Of a stretch of 64,000 nt of DNA, positions 19,486 through 28,300 are shown piece by piece (positions within the stretch are counted from its first letter, which is position 1; each line of letters starts with the position of its first letter). The DNA comes from Anaerolineae bacterium (GTDB lineage: Bacteria; Chloroflexota; Anaerolineae; Aggregatilineales; J027): the NCBI GenBank assembly GCA_019913005.1, contig JAIOHL010000249.1:5615-69614 (forward strand), in the 5' to 3' direction. Under the pieces are notes generated by a model. The model ran no database searches, was not told the origin of the DNA, and saw only the letters and a list, made by a program, of their open reading frames with translations. The translations under genes were made by a program, and so were the position numbers.

Positions 19486-19884
19486 ATGCCCCCGCGTAAA
19501 AGAGCACCGTCGCCCTTGCAAGACTTGTTGACCAACGAGGCCCAGGATGCCGGATTGTTGGCGGCTTTGTTGGTCAGCCCAAAAGATGAACTGGTGGCGT
19601 CTTATGTTGCAGCAGGCTTGGACAAGGCGACTGCTGAGACTCCCCTGCTGACGACCCGACGCATTTTTGGTAATGCCGAAAGTCGAGCGCAGTTGGCTCA
19701 ATTGCAGGAAAGTGTTTTTTACGATTTGGACGGACGGCGCTTAATTTGTCGCCCCTTGATGCTGCCCACTTTGGATGATACTGCCCCGCATTTGTTGTTG
19801 GTGCTGACCACTGCCGAACAAACCTATCGAAGGGCGCTCAATAAATTGATTCGGGCCATTGAAAATGCGACAGGTGGTTTTTAA
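19486..19884 (+). CDS. hypothetical protein, possibly Roadblock/LC7 (MglB-like) fold
   Basis: The pattern AGLLAALLVSPKDELVASYV...LICRPL...LLLVLTT resembles Roadblock proteins. The assignment is by eye only. Confidence 0.5.
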   Translation: MPPRKRAPSPLQDLLTNEAQDAGLLAALLVSPKDELVASYVAAGLDKATAETPLLTTRRIFGNAESRAQLAQLQESVFYDLDGRRLICRPLMLPTLDDTAPHLLLVLTTAEQTYRRALNKLIRAIENATGGF

Positions 19885-20840
19885 ATCTCGCTGGCTTCGA
19901 CGATGCGCGTAATCTTGGCGGCAAGATGTCGCAGAACCTTACACAGTTCGGGCGGGTGGCAGATTTGAAAATTATGGTCGAGACCTGCCAGAAAATGGCC
20001 CACCCAATCCAATTTCTGGGTGTAGATCGTCAGATATACCCCCTCCCCAAATGTCTCCATCAAACCGAGATAGGGCGGAATTTGTTGGACGGCTTGTTCA
20101 ATCGTCATCTCCAAAATCACCTCCACGCGCCATGTCCCCGGTGTACTGGCAATGCCTTTCATAACCTGCCCGACAGTATCAAAATTCGCGGGTGGGGTAA
20201 ACGATTCCGTCAACATTTCCGCGTTTGTTACACGGTCTAAACGAAAGGTACGGAGATCGTCGCGTAGACGACAATATCCCACTGTGTACCAAAATCCACC
20301 GTGCATCACCAAGCCATACGGGTCAAAGGGTCGGGTTGAAATTTCGCCATTCCAAGCCATATAGGTTAACTGCACCCGGCGCTTTTGTTGAATGGCGGTG
20401 CTGAATAAGACAATCAGGTCGCTGGCAGGGGCGGCATGGTGAATATTGAGGTGAATCAGCAGGGATTCTTGCACCGCTTGCACCTGTTCTCGCAGGGCAT
20501 CTGGCAAAACACGCTCAATTTTGGCAAGTGCCCCTTCAATGGCGGGAGCTTCAATGGATAAACCCAGCCGTCGGGTAATCAACAGCCCCAGTGTTAGCCC
20601 CAATGCCTCCTCATCAGTAAACATCATCGGTGGCAACTTAAAACCGGGCATCAGGCGATAAGCCCCATGTCGTCCACGCTCCCCTTCAATCGGAATTCCC
20701 AAATCTTGCAGCATGACAATGTAACGTCGCACGGTTCGCACATCCACTTCTAATCGTTGGGCAATTTCTGGCCCACTGAGTTGGGGATGGGCTTGCAGTA
20801 ATTCCAAAACGGTCAGCAGTCGGGTGGTGGGGTGGTACAA
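19881..20840 (-). CDS. YafY-type transcriptional regulator (wHTH + WYL domain)
   Basis: RLLTVLELLQAHPQLSGPEIAQRLEVDVRTVRRYIVMLQDLGIPIE. WYL-like core GGFWYTVGYCRLRDDLRTFRLDRV. Confidence 0.88.
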   Translation of the reverse strand: MYHPTTRLLTVLELLQAHPQLSGPEIAQRLEVDVRTVRRYIVMLQDLGIPIEGERGRHGAYRLMPGFKLPPMMFTDEEALGLTLGLLITRRLGLSIEAPAIEGALAKIERVLPDALREQVQAVQESLLIHLNIHHAAPASDLIVLFSTAIQQKRRVQLTYMAWNGEISTRPFDPYGLVMHGGFWYTVGYCRLRDDLRTFRLDRVTNAEMLTESFTPPANFDTVGQVMKGIASTPGTWRVEVILEMTIEQAVQQIPPYLGLMETFGEGVYLTIYTQKLDWVGHFLAGLDHNFQICHPPELCKVLRHLAAKITRIVEASEI

Positions 20841-20935
20841 AAAAGTTCTCCAGCAAAATCAGGGCGGATAATGTCCTGTATAGATGATACGCTAAAAGTA
20901 CAAAGTTGAAACGATCCAATCTATGAGGAACATCC

Positions 20936-21781
20936 ATGAATATCACCAAAGGGTTTGCTGAGGTCGAAAATTCCAAGCTGTATTATGAAGTGGCGGGCGA
21001 GGGGCATCCACTGCTGTTGATTCACCCTATGCTGACTAGTCATAAGTATTGGGACGACCAATTCAGCGAATTTGCAGAGCAGTATCGGGTCATTCGTTAT
21101 GATGTGCGCGGCTTCGGGCAGTCGCCAATCTCCAAAGAAACCTTCTCCGATAGCCAAGATATTGTCGAACTGCTGGATTTTCTGGGTATCACCAAAACCT
21201 ACATCTTAGGACTTTCGTTCGGTGGCGAAATCGCCATGCACTTTACGTTGGAGCATCCCGAACTGGTAGATGGTTTGGTGATGTCGGGGGTTGGTTTGGA
21301 AGGTTATGAATATTCAGCAGAGGGGACAGCAGAATTTGAACCCAAGTGGATGGCGTTTATCGAACACATTCAGAAGCACGATTTCGATGGGGCACGCGAA
21401 CGGTTTATGGAATTTGCAGTGGATAGCCCGGTGGGGCGGGCCGATGAAAAAGTGCGTGAGCGAGCACGAGCACTGATGCAGGATTACACCTTTCCCCACT
21501 TTTTTCCACCAGAGGAAGTGATTGCTGTGGCAGAGGATTCTGCATCCGCCGGGGCCGAGAATGTGCCAGTTATTCAGCGCCTTCATGAAATTCAAGTGCC
21601 GACGCTGGTGATGTCGGGGGGATATGAAGCAAAGGACATTCAGGGTATCGTGGATGTATTGGTGCGAGACATTCCCCATGCCCAAAAAGCCGTAATCCCG
21701 AATGCGGGCCATTTTGTCAGTCTTGAGAAACCTGCCGAATTTAACCGCGCAGTATTGGATTTCTTGGGCAATTTGGGCTAG
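20936..21781 (+). CDS. alpha/beta-fold hydrolase
   Basis: HPLLLIHP, nucleophile elbow GLSFGG, C-terminal NAGHFV. Confidence 0.85.
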   Translation: MNITKGFAEVENSKLYYEVAGEGHPLLLIHPMLTSHKYWDDQFSEFAEQYRVIRYDVRGFGQSPISKETFSDSQDIVELLDFLGITKTYILGLSFGGEIAMHFTLEHPELVDGLVMSGVGLEGYEYSAEGTAEFEPKWMAFIEHIQKHDFDGARERFMEFAVDSPVGRADEKVRERARALMQDYTFPHFFPPEEVIAVAEDSASAGAENVPVIQRLHEIQVPTLVMSGGYEAKDIQGIVDVLVRDIPHAQKAVIPNAGHFVSLEKPAEFNRAVLDFLGNLG

Positions 21782-21786
21782 GACTA

Positions 21787-23139
21787 TCACTCCAATCCAG
21801 CAAGGCGTTTTTCGGCAGCATATTGTTCAGGGGTGTCAATATCACGCAAAATGCTGTCGTTATCCACCGGAAAGGTATAGACCGGATTACGATTGATGGC
21901 ATCTCGTGGGGCACTCCCAAACGGCAAGTCTAGAATATCGGGCCAGTGGCGGCGCTGAATCAAAATCGGGTGTCCACGCTGCCCTTGATACATTGGGGCG
22001 ATAATTGACCCCTTGCCCTCGGCATAGAGGTTTAGAATTTGGCGGATGAGTTTGGCGCGGATTTGGGGTTGATCGCCCATCATCACCATGCAGGCGTCTA
22101 TATCACTGCTCATCGTTTTTAACCCCACTTGCAGCGATGACAGCATTTCCCCGACCTTAAATTGTGGATTAAAGGCGATTTTGACCGGGCTGTTTTGTAA
22201 GGTGCTGGCGACCTGACCGGATTTATAGCCTGTCACTACCACGATTTCGGGCAGGCGGAAGGGTACAAGGGTATTGACGATGGTTTCGATCACTGTATGC
22301 CGCCCCCATTTCAGCAGGGCTTTGGGATGTCCGCCCATGCGCGAGGACAGCCCTGCCGCCAAAATGATGACCCCCACCCGCCGCTGCACCTCAAAAACGG
22401 GATTTTTGGCTTGCATTGCGCCAATCGCTACAGCATTAATTTTGGGAGAGGCAAGGATAATTTGAGCAATGCGCCGTGCCCGACCCCGGCTTAACCCCTC
22501 GCCCGCCTTATTAAGCAGCACCACGACTCGCGCAGTGGGGGGCAAAGCTTTGAGACCGATTTGCTCATCGCGCACGATTTGGGCCAGCCACGCGGGTTGA
22601 ATGGGTTGTCCAAGTGGGAATCCATATCGTTCAAAAATCGGTTCGGGGTTATAGACCGTCGTTTCATCAAAGGGCATACCCAGGGCATCCAACCCCGCAA
22701 CCGGCACCAGCAGGGTGGTGTCTTGCGGGATCACGGGTTCGTGGAGACGCGGCGCTTTGAGGGGGAGGCGACGTGACCCATCGGCTTCGACCAACAGCAA
22801 ATCGGCATTCATTTCATCCACTAAGCGTGAAATGGATTCGCTTGGCAGCCCGATGACCTTATCACCGCGAATTTCTTGGTAGACGAATACAAGGCGTTTT
22901 TTATCCAACAGGGTCGCTAGTTCGCGCTTGCCCTGCAAAAGATTGGATTGCCAATGAACCGTATGGGGAAATTGTTCGAGTTCAGACGTGGCAATACGGG
23001 TGGTGGTCGTTGCCAATACTCGCAAATCTTGTGTCGCTAATTCACGCCCCAAACGCACCATTGCGGAGGTTTTCCCACCCGCCCCGGTAAATGCCACGAC
23101 ATCCCCGCGCTGAACATTCAACGCCTCATGTAAACGCAT
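21787..23139 (-). CDS. yqeC: fusion of selenium-dependent hydroxylase accessory protein YqeC with a MocA/MobA-like molybdenum-cofactor nucleotidyltransferase
   Basis: N-terminus VVAFTGAGGKTSAM (YqeC P-loop). C-terminal half VGVIILAAGLSSRMGGHPKALL (MobA-like NTP-transferase motif). Confidence 0.8.
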   Translation of the reverse strand: MRLHEALNVQRGDVVAFTGAGGKTSAMVRLGRELATQDLRVLATTTTRIATSELEQFPHTVHWQSNLLQGKRELATLLDKKRLVFVYQEIRGDKVIGLPSESISRLVDEMNADLLLVEADGSRRLPLKAPRLHEPVIPQDTTLLVPVAGLDALGMPFDETTVYNPEPIFERYGFPLGQPIQPAWLAQIVRDEQIGLKALPPTARVVVLLNKAGEGLSRGRARRIAQIILASPKINAVAIGAMQAKNPVFEVQRRVGVIILAAGLSSRMGGHPKALLKWGRHTVIETIVNTLVPFRLPEIVVVTGYKSGQVASTLQNSPVKIAFNPQFKVGEMLSSLQVGLKTMSSDIDACMVMMGDQPQIRAKLIRQILNLYAEGKGSIIAPMYQGQRGHPILIQRRHWPDILDLPFGSAPRDAINRNPVYTFPVDNDSILRDIDTPEQYAAEKRLAGLE

Positions 23140-23998
23140 CAGCCTCGTCCCTTACCCGGTTTTGTTTGTGCAATGGCAAAATGCCCCGGCTGAGGACGGC
23201 TTCCAACACACCGCCCCCAATTGCCAGCGCCTTATCGGAAATGGTGAAGCAGTGTTCACGGATACCACGCGGGTCTAAATCTCCGACTTTCAAGCCTGCC
23301 CATACCTCGACACTTTCATGAATCAGGCCGCGCAACATACCGGAAAATGGGGCGATAATCGGCTCACCTTCGACGGTGGCGATAATCGTGCCTTCTTCAA
23401 GAGAATCGCCAATCTCGGCGTTTGGTTTGACATGGCCCGCACGCGGCGCACGCAGCACCCTCTGACCGTCTTTACCGCCAATCGTGCCGGGAATACCCGT
23501 ATTGGGAATGGCGCTGCCCTGCGAGATGACCCGACCTAGCGAGTGTCCACGCTGGGTTTCCACAATGGCATGACAATCTGTTCCCACCGTAAAGCCGGGG
23601 CCGAGAGCCAAGACAAATTCGGCATCATCCAGTGTGGTATCAATGTTCCGCTTCGCCACCCGTGCATCAATCACGACCTGCGTGTTGATATTGCGCCATG
23701 CCCCATCAGTATCCACGAGAATGGGAATTTCGCCGCCGCGCATTGCCAACCAGACGGCTGAATCAGCTTTGATGACACGTGAGGTAATCCCCTCGACGTG
23801 ATAAACACCCCCCGGCTCAAAAATCGCACTGCCAAACGAAACAGTGCGCCGAACTAGCAAGGGGGTCGGCAAATCCACCATAATCACGGGATAGCCTGCA
23901 TGATATAAGCGAAAAGCGACCCCTGAACCGAGGTCGCCTGCGCCGCGAATGAGGACGATAGGCAGTGGGTCAGACGATGGCACCGAGTCCATGCTCAC
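23126..23998 (-). CDS. yqeB: selenium-dependent molybdenum hydroxylase system protein, YqeB family
   Basis: VLIRGAGDLGSGVAFRLYHAGYPVIMVDLPTPLLVRRTVSF. Overlaps both neighbouring genes (14 nt and 29 nt). Confidence 0.78.
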   Translation of the reverse strand: MSMDSVPSSDPLPIVLIRGAGDLGSGVAFRLYHAGYPVIMVDLPTPLLVRRTVSFGSAIFEPGGVYHVEGITSRVIKADSAVWLAMRGGEIPILVDTDGAWRNINTQVVIDARVAKRNIDTTLDDAEFVLALGPGFTVGTDCHAIVETQRGHSLGRVISQGSAIPNTGIPGTIGGKDGQRVLRAPRAGHVKPNAEIGDSLEEGTIIATVEGEPIIAPFSGMLRGLIHESVEVWAGLKVGDLDPRGIREHCFTISDKALAIGGGVLEAVLSRGILPLHKQNRVRDEADAFT

Positions 23999-26201
23999 GT
24001 AATCCTTCCACTATCCGGTCTGGGATGAAGGGCAGATGGTCGAACCAAATGCCTGTGGCGTCATGAATGGCGGCGGCAATGGCCGGGGCAAGGGGGATAA
24101 AAGGCATTTCAGCCATACCCCGCGCACCCCAAGGGCCAATCGGCACGGGATTTTCGAGCAAAACGGATTTGACTTCTAGTGGAATGTCATAGACCGTCGG
24201 AATGAGGTAGGTGGATAGGAAGGGATTGAGAACACGCCCTTCTTTGCTAATCAAGTGCTCCATAATAGCGTAGCCTTGTGCTTGAACTACCGCGCCTTCG
24301 ACCTGCCCTTCGACCAGCATCCGATTGAGTACCTTGCCAACATCATTGGCACAGGTGACACGCATCAGATTGACCATGCCCGTTTCCAAGTCCACCTCAA
24401 CTTCAGCGACCTCGGCGACATACCCATAGGCAAAATTGGGCGTGCCATAGCCTGTTTCTTTGTCGAGCGTCGTGGTGGCGGGGGGACGATATTGATAGGT
24501 GGCAATAGCAGGCCGTTCTTCATCCAGCCACTTTTTGAGGGCCAGTTCCGCCGCGCCCCGAATGGCATTACCTGTCATAAAGGTCATACGCGAGGCCGAT
24601 GAACTGCCGGAAGTTTGGGTTTCGGCGGTGTCGTGCCCAATCAGCCTAACTTTTTCAACCGGAACACCGACTGCCTCGGCTGTCATTTGGACAAAAATCG
24701 TGTGGGCGCCTTGCCCTACATCCGCTCCGGCTGCACGGACAATGACTTCTTCAATTACACCCGTCCCGCGTAGTTCAATGGTGGCCCAATTTTGTTCGGG
24801 GAAGCCAAAACTATAGCCGATATTTTTGAACCCACAGGCAAACCCAATGCCGCGCCGTTTATAGCTTTCACGCGGCTGCTGGGTGACGGATTTTTGCCAA
24901 CCCTGCCCGTTTTGTGTCCAAGCACCACTTTCGATAGCCCCCGCTTCAATGGTCTGTTGAATGGTGACACCGGGCGGTGGGGGAGTGCCTGTCGTCATGA
25001 TGCTGCCTTCGTGAATAACATTCCGTAGGCGGAAATCCACCGGGTCGAGGCCGAGCGCTTCCGCTAATTTATTCATCATGCCCTCGGCAGCAAACGCACC
25101 TTGTGGCCCCCCAAACCCACGAAACGCCCCGGTCATGATGTTGTTGGTATAGACGCCATAGGTATCCACCTGCACATAGGGGATTTCATAAGGGCCTGTC
25201 ACCATCAAATGGGCATTACCCATCACCTTATTGGTGGTGTAATTATATGCCCCGGCATCGCCAATCACGGTGGCTTCGGCGGCAACCAACTTGCCATCAC
25301 GGGTTGCGCCCCATTTGGCTCGAATTTTGACCGGGTGGCGTTTGTGATGATAGAGGATAGACTCTTCACGACTCCAAATAATTTTGACGGGGCAACCCAA
25401 TTTCCATGCTGCCAATGCAAGGACAATTTGCACACTCATGTCTTCACGTCCGCCGAATGCGCCGCCAATCGCCGGGTAGATCACTCGTACTTGGTCGGGG
25501 GGCAGATTCAAGGCATGATAAATCTGTTCCTGATCTTCATGCACCCATTGGCCCGCCACCACCACTGTGATCCGGCCCTGCTCATCTATATAACCGAGAC
25601 CCGCTTCGGGTTGCAGATAGGCGTGTTCTTGATACCCGGTGGAGAATTCGCCTTCTAAGATGACATCCGATCTAGCCCAGCCTTCCGACATCTCGCCCTT
25701 GCGGATTTTGTAATGCACAATGACGTTATTGGGTTTATCGTGATGCAGTTGGGGCGCATCAGCTTGCATCGCCTCTTCGGGGTCAAAAACGGTAGGCAGG
25801 TCTTGATATTCAATCTCAATTAACTGGGCAGCAGCAGCGGCATTTTCTTCGGTATCGGCAACGACCACTGCGACCACATCGGCCAGACAACGCACCACAT
25901 CTGCGCCGGGGATGGTGCTGCCGGGGCCACAAATTACAGGCTGGTCTTTCATCACCAAACCATATTCATTAACCGGCACATCGCGGGCCGTAAAAATCCT
26001 GACCACACCCGGATAGGCTTCGGCGCGGTGTGTATCAATCGAAACGACCCGCGCATGAACACGGTCTGAAAATCGCATTTTCATCCATAACTGACCATCC
26101 ATATTAAAGTCACTCGGATAAAGTGTTTGACCCGTCACCTTACCAAAGGCATCAATGCGTTTCATGCTTACGCCGATTGCAGGCGTTTGATTATCCGACA
26201 C
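23970..26201 (-). CDS. xanthine dehydrogenase / aldehyde oxidase family molybdopterin-binding large subunit
   Basis: 743 aa. RIDAFGKVTGQTLY N-terminus, PAIGGAFGGRED, FRGFGGPQG, GQGAHT. Confidence 0.92.
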   Translation of the reverse strand: MSDNQTPAIGVSMKRIDAFGKVTGQTLYPSDFNMDGQLWMKMRFSDRVHARVVSIDTHRAEAYPGVVRIFTARDVPVNEYGLVMKDQPVICGPGSTIPGADVVRCLADVVAVVVADTEENAAAAAQLIEIEYQDLPTVFDPEEAMQADAPQLHHDKPNNVIVHYKIRKGEMSEGWARSDVILEGEFSTGYQEHAYLQPEAGLGYIDEQGRITVVVAGQWVHEDQEQIYHALNLPPDQVRVIYPAIGGAFGGREDMSVQIVLALAAWKLGCPVKIIWSREESILYHHKRHPVKIRAKWGATRDGKLVAAEATVIGDAGAYNYTTNKVMGNAHLMVTGPYEIPYVQVDTYGVYTNNIMTGAFRGFGGPQGAFAAEGMMNKLAEALGLDPVDFRLRNVIHEGSIMTTGTPPPPGVTIQQTIEAGAIESGAWTQNGQGWQKSVTQQPRESYKRRGIGFACGFKNIGYSFGFPEQNWATIELRGTGVIEEVIVRAAGADVGQGAHTIFVQMTAEAVGVPVEKVRLIGHDTAETQTSGSSSASRMTFMTGNAIRGAAELALKKWLDEERPAIATYQYRPPATTTLDKETGYGTPNFAYGYVAEVAEVEVDLETGMVNLMRVTCANDVGKVLNRMLVEGQVEGAVVQAQGYAIMEHLISKEGRVLNPFLSTYLIPTVYDIPLEVKSVLLENPVPIGPWGARGMAEMPFIPLAPAIAAAIHDATGIWFDHLPFIPDRIVEGLREHGLGAIV

Positions 26202-26233
26202 GGTTTTCTGCTTTCAAGATGCTAAGAGCGCCA

Positions 26234-26713
26234 CTAACCTTGACCACGTTTCCGCATTTCGCGGTCTTGTATCTCTTTAAGCCGTTTGACCTCTTTGATT
26301 TTTTGCTGGCGAATTTTGTCGCGTTTTTTCTCATATTTACGAATGGCCCTTGGGTCATTGCTGTTCGGGGGTAATACAGCCTCTTCTTTGCGAGTGAAAT
26401 CACCACCGAGGGCGGCGGCAACAATCATAAAGGAGATAGCCAGCAAGACGATGGATAGGAAAACGGCGGCGGCAACATCCACTCGGCTATAACTATTACC
26501 AGCAAATTTGAAGAGTTCGTTCTGTTTTAATTCGGCTTCCAACACCCGCTGGTTAAAATCTTCGTTCTTTTCCTTACCGGTGTCTACGATCAACGGTGCA
26601 GCGAGAAATGAAATCGCTATGACAGAGAGTACCAGTACGAAGGCCAAAACCGGGACAAGCTGGCTTCGCTTTTTTAGTTTTTCTTTTTCGGCTTCACGGC
26701 GGGCGACACTCAT
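26234..26713 (-). CDS. small two-TM protein with Lys/Glu-rich tails, embedded in the Mo-hydroxylase operon
   Basis: Helices LVPVLAFVLVLSVIAISFLAAPLIV and VAAAVFLSIVLLAISFMIVAAAL. Charged tails (AEKEKLKKR; KYEKKRDKIRQQKIKEVKRLKE). 4-nt overlap with the upstream gene. Confidence 0.65.
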   Translation of the reverse strand: MSVARREAEKEKLKKRSQLVPVLAFVLVLSVIAISFLAAPLIVDTGKEKNEDFNQRVLEAELKQNELFKFAGNSYSRVDVAAAVFLSIVLLAISFMIVAAALGGDFTRKEEAVLPPNSNDPRAIRKYEKKRDKIRQQKIKEVKRLKEIQDREMRKRGQG

Positions 26714-28152
26714 GGGCTGACTTGCTCCTTCTGTTGTGCTATTTCGCTTGCAAGTTCAAAAGCATCAATGATTTTATAGTAGCCAGTGCAACGACACAGA
26801 TTACCCGAAATACTTTGGGCAATTTGCTCGTGGGTGGGGTGGGGATGTTCCTCCAATAATTTCGCGCCGGACATCAGAAACCCGGGGGTGCAAAATCCGC
26901 ACTGTACACCACCCGTCTCCATAAAGGCTTGTTGAATCGGGTGTAAAGCAGTCTCTTCAGCTAATCCTTCTACCGTTACGATATCCGCCCCATGTGCGCG
27001 GGGGGCTGGAACCATACACGCCATGACCGCGACGCCATCCAGATAAATGGTACATGCGCCGCATTCGCCTTCGGCACAGCCTTCTTTCGTTCCTGTTAAG
27101 CGAATATCATCGCGCAAAAATCGCAACAGGGTCTTATTGGACGCGCCAGTTACCGTATGTTTTTTGCCATTGACCGTCGTCACAATGGTATCGCTGGCAT
27201 CATCCTCATGGCGGACAGACGCAGGTAGGGAACTATGGTGTGCCTTATAGTTTGTACCCCACAGCATCGTCGGATTTTCAGGCCACTGGGCACGCTCTTG
27301 ATGGTCACGCAGCATTCGCAGGGCACGGGCCGTCAACACCTTGACCATCTCGGTTCGATAGGTAGCGGTGGCGCGGACATCACTAATTGGCTTGGGGGTT
27401 GCCGCCGAACGGTTGGCTGCTTCCACAATCGTGGCATCAGTCAGGGTACACCCTTGTAGATAGGTTTCTGCATCCGGTACGCGGATAATCGTTGGGGCAA
27501 CACTGCCGAGTGTGATCCGTGCATGGGTAATCTGATCCCCGTCAAAACCGAGAATCACCGCGATATTGACGACGGAAATGGCTTGGGCGCGGCGTAAACC
27601 TAATTTAAGGAAGACTCCCCGTTCATTTTCTGCCATCGGCTTGAAGCGAATGGAGGTGAGCAGTTCATCAGGTTGCATGGCGGTTTTGCGCACGCCCTTA
27701 TAAAAATCGGCAAAACTCAGCGTGCGTGTGCCAGCCGTCGAGGTAAGTGTAACCGATCCATCTAAAGCCCACAGCGGGGTAATCGTATCATTGGCAGGGC
27801 TGGCGGTGATAAGATTGCCTGCAACGGTGGCCCGATTACGAATTTGCGGCGCACCGACCTCCCAACAGGCTTGTGCCAATGGAAAGGCCTGCTGCACGAT
27901 CATATCACTGGCGACGACCTGATTATGTGTCACCAATGGGCCAAGCTGAATGGATTGCCCATCGAATGTAATCGTGTCGAGACTGGGCAGACGGGTAATA
28001 TCAATCAACGTCTCAACGTCGGGCCGCTGGTTACGCTCAATCTCGATCAAAATATCGGTTGCGCCAGCGATAATTCGGGCACTTTCACGGTGCTGAGCCA
28101 GCAGTACTAATGCTTCATCCAGATGCGTTACACTAAAATAGTTTTTCCACAT
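26710..28152 (-). CDS. fused FAD-binding (CoxM/XdhB-like) and [2Fe-2S] (CoxS/XdhC-like) subunit of the Mo hydroxylase
   Basis: N-terminal half HLDEALVLLAQH..AGATDILIE. C-terminal half GCAEGECGACT, CGFCTPGF, NLCRCTGY. ATG 28152 (MWKNYF) preferred over TTG 28299. Confidence 0.9.
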   Translation of the reverse strand: MWKNYFSVTHLDEALVLLAQHRESARIIAGATDILIEIERNQRPDVETLIDITRLPSLDTITFDGQSIQLGPLVTHNQVVASDMIVQQAFPLAQACWEVGAPQIRNRATVAGNLITASPANDTITPLWALDGSVTLTSTAGTRTLSFADFYKGVRKTAMQPDELLTSIRFKPMAENERGVFLKLGLRRAQAISVVNIAVILGFDGDQITHARITLGSVAPTIIRVPDAETYLQGCTLTDATIVEAANRSAATPKPISDVRATATYRTEMVKVLTARALRMLRDHQERAQWPENPTMLWGTNYKAHHSSLPASVRHEDDASDTIVTTVNGKKHTVTGASNKTLLRFLRDDIRLTGTKEGCAEGECGACTIYLDGVAVMACMVPAPRAHGADIVTVEGLAEETALHPIQQAFMETGGVQCGFCTPGFLMSGAKLLEEHPHPTHEQIAQSISGNLCRCTGYYKIIDAFELASEIAQQKEQVSP

Positions 28153-28172
28153 GAAATTCCCTACCGTAGAAG

Positions 28173-28230
28173 GTCGCAAATGCGACAAGTACGCTAATGG
28201 TAGCACATCCAGCGACCTGTTGCGACAAAA
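28173..28230. promoter_or_regulatory. TGCGAC-type repeats in the divergent xdh / prsW intergenic region
   Basis: Perfect palindrome GTCGCAAATGCGAC at 28173-28186. AGCGAC at 28211-28216. TTGCGACAAAA at 28220-28230. Confidence 0.35.
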
Positions 28231-28300
28231 TTTATCTGTTTTTACGAGAGGCCGTATTCCATTATAATCAACGGATAAAACCCTATCTTGAAAGCGCAAT

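Noticed and set aside
23970-28152. Looked for in-frame TGA (selenocysteine) in the Mo-hydroxylase genes because of the selenium-linked accessory genes
   Set aside because: All three enzyme ORFs are continuous without internal stops. The YqeB/YqeC system is associated with a labile selenium cofactor, not selenocysteine.
28153-28299. 49-codon N-terminal extension of the FAD/Fe-S subunit ORF (TTG start at 28299)
   Set aside because: The extension would consume the whole divergent promoter region up to 2 nt from the prsW ATG. MWKNYFSVTHLDEAL is a typical start for this subunit family.
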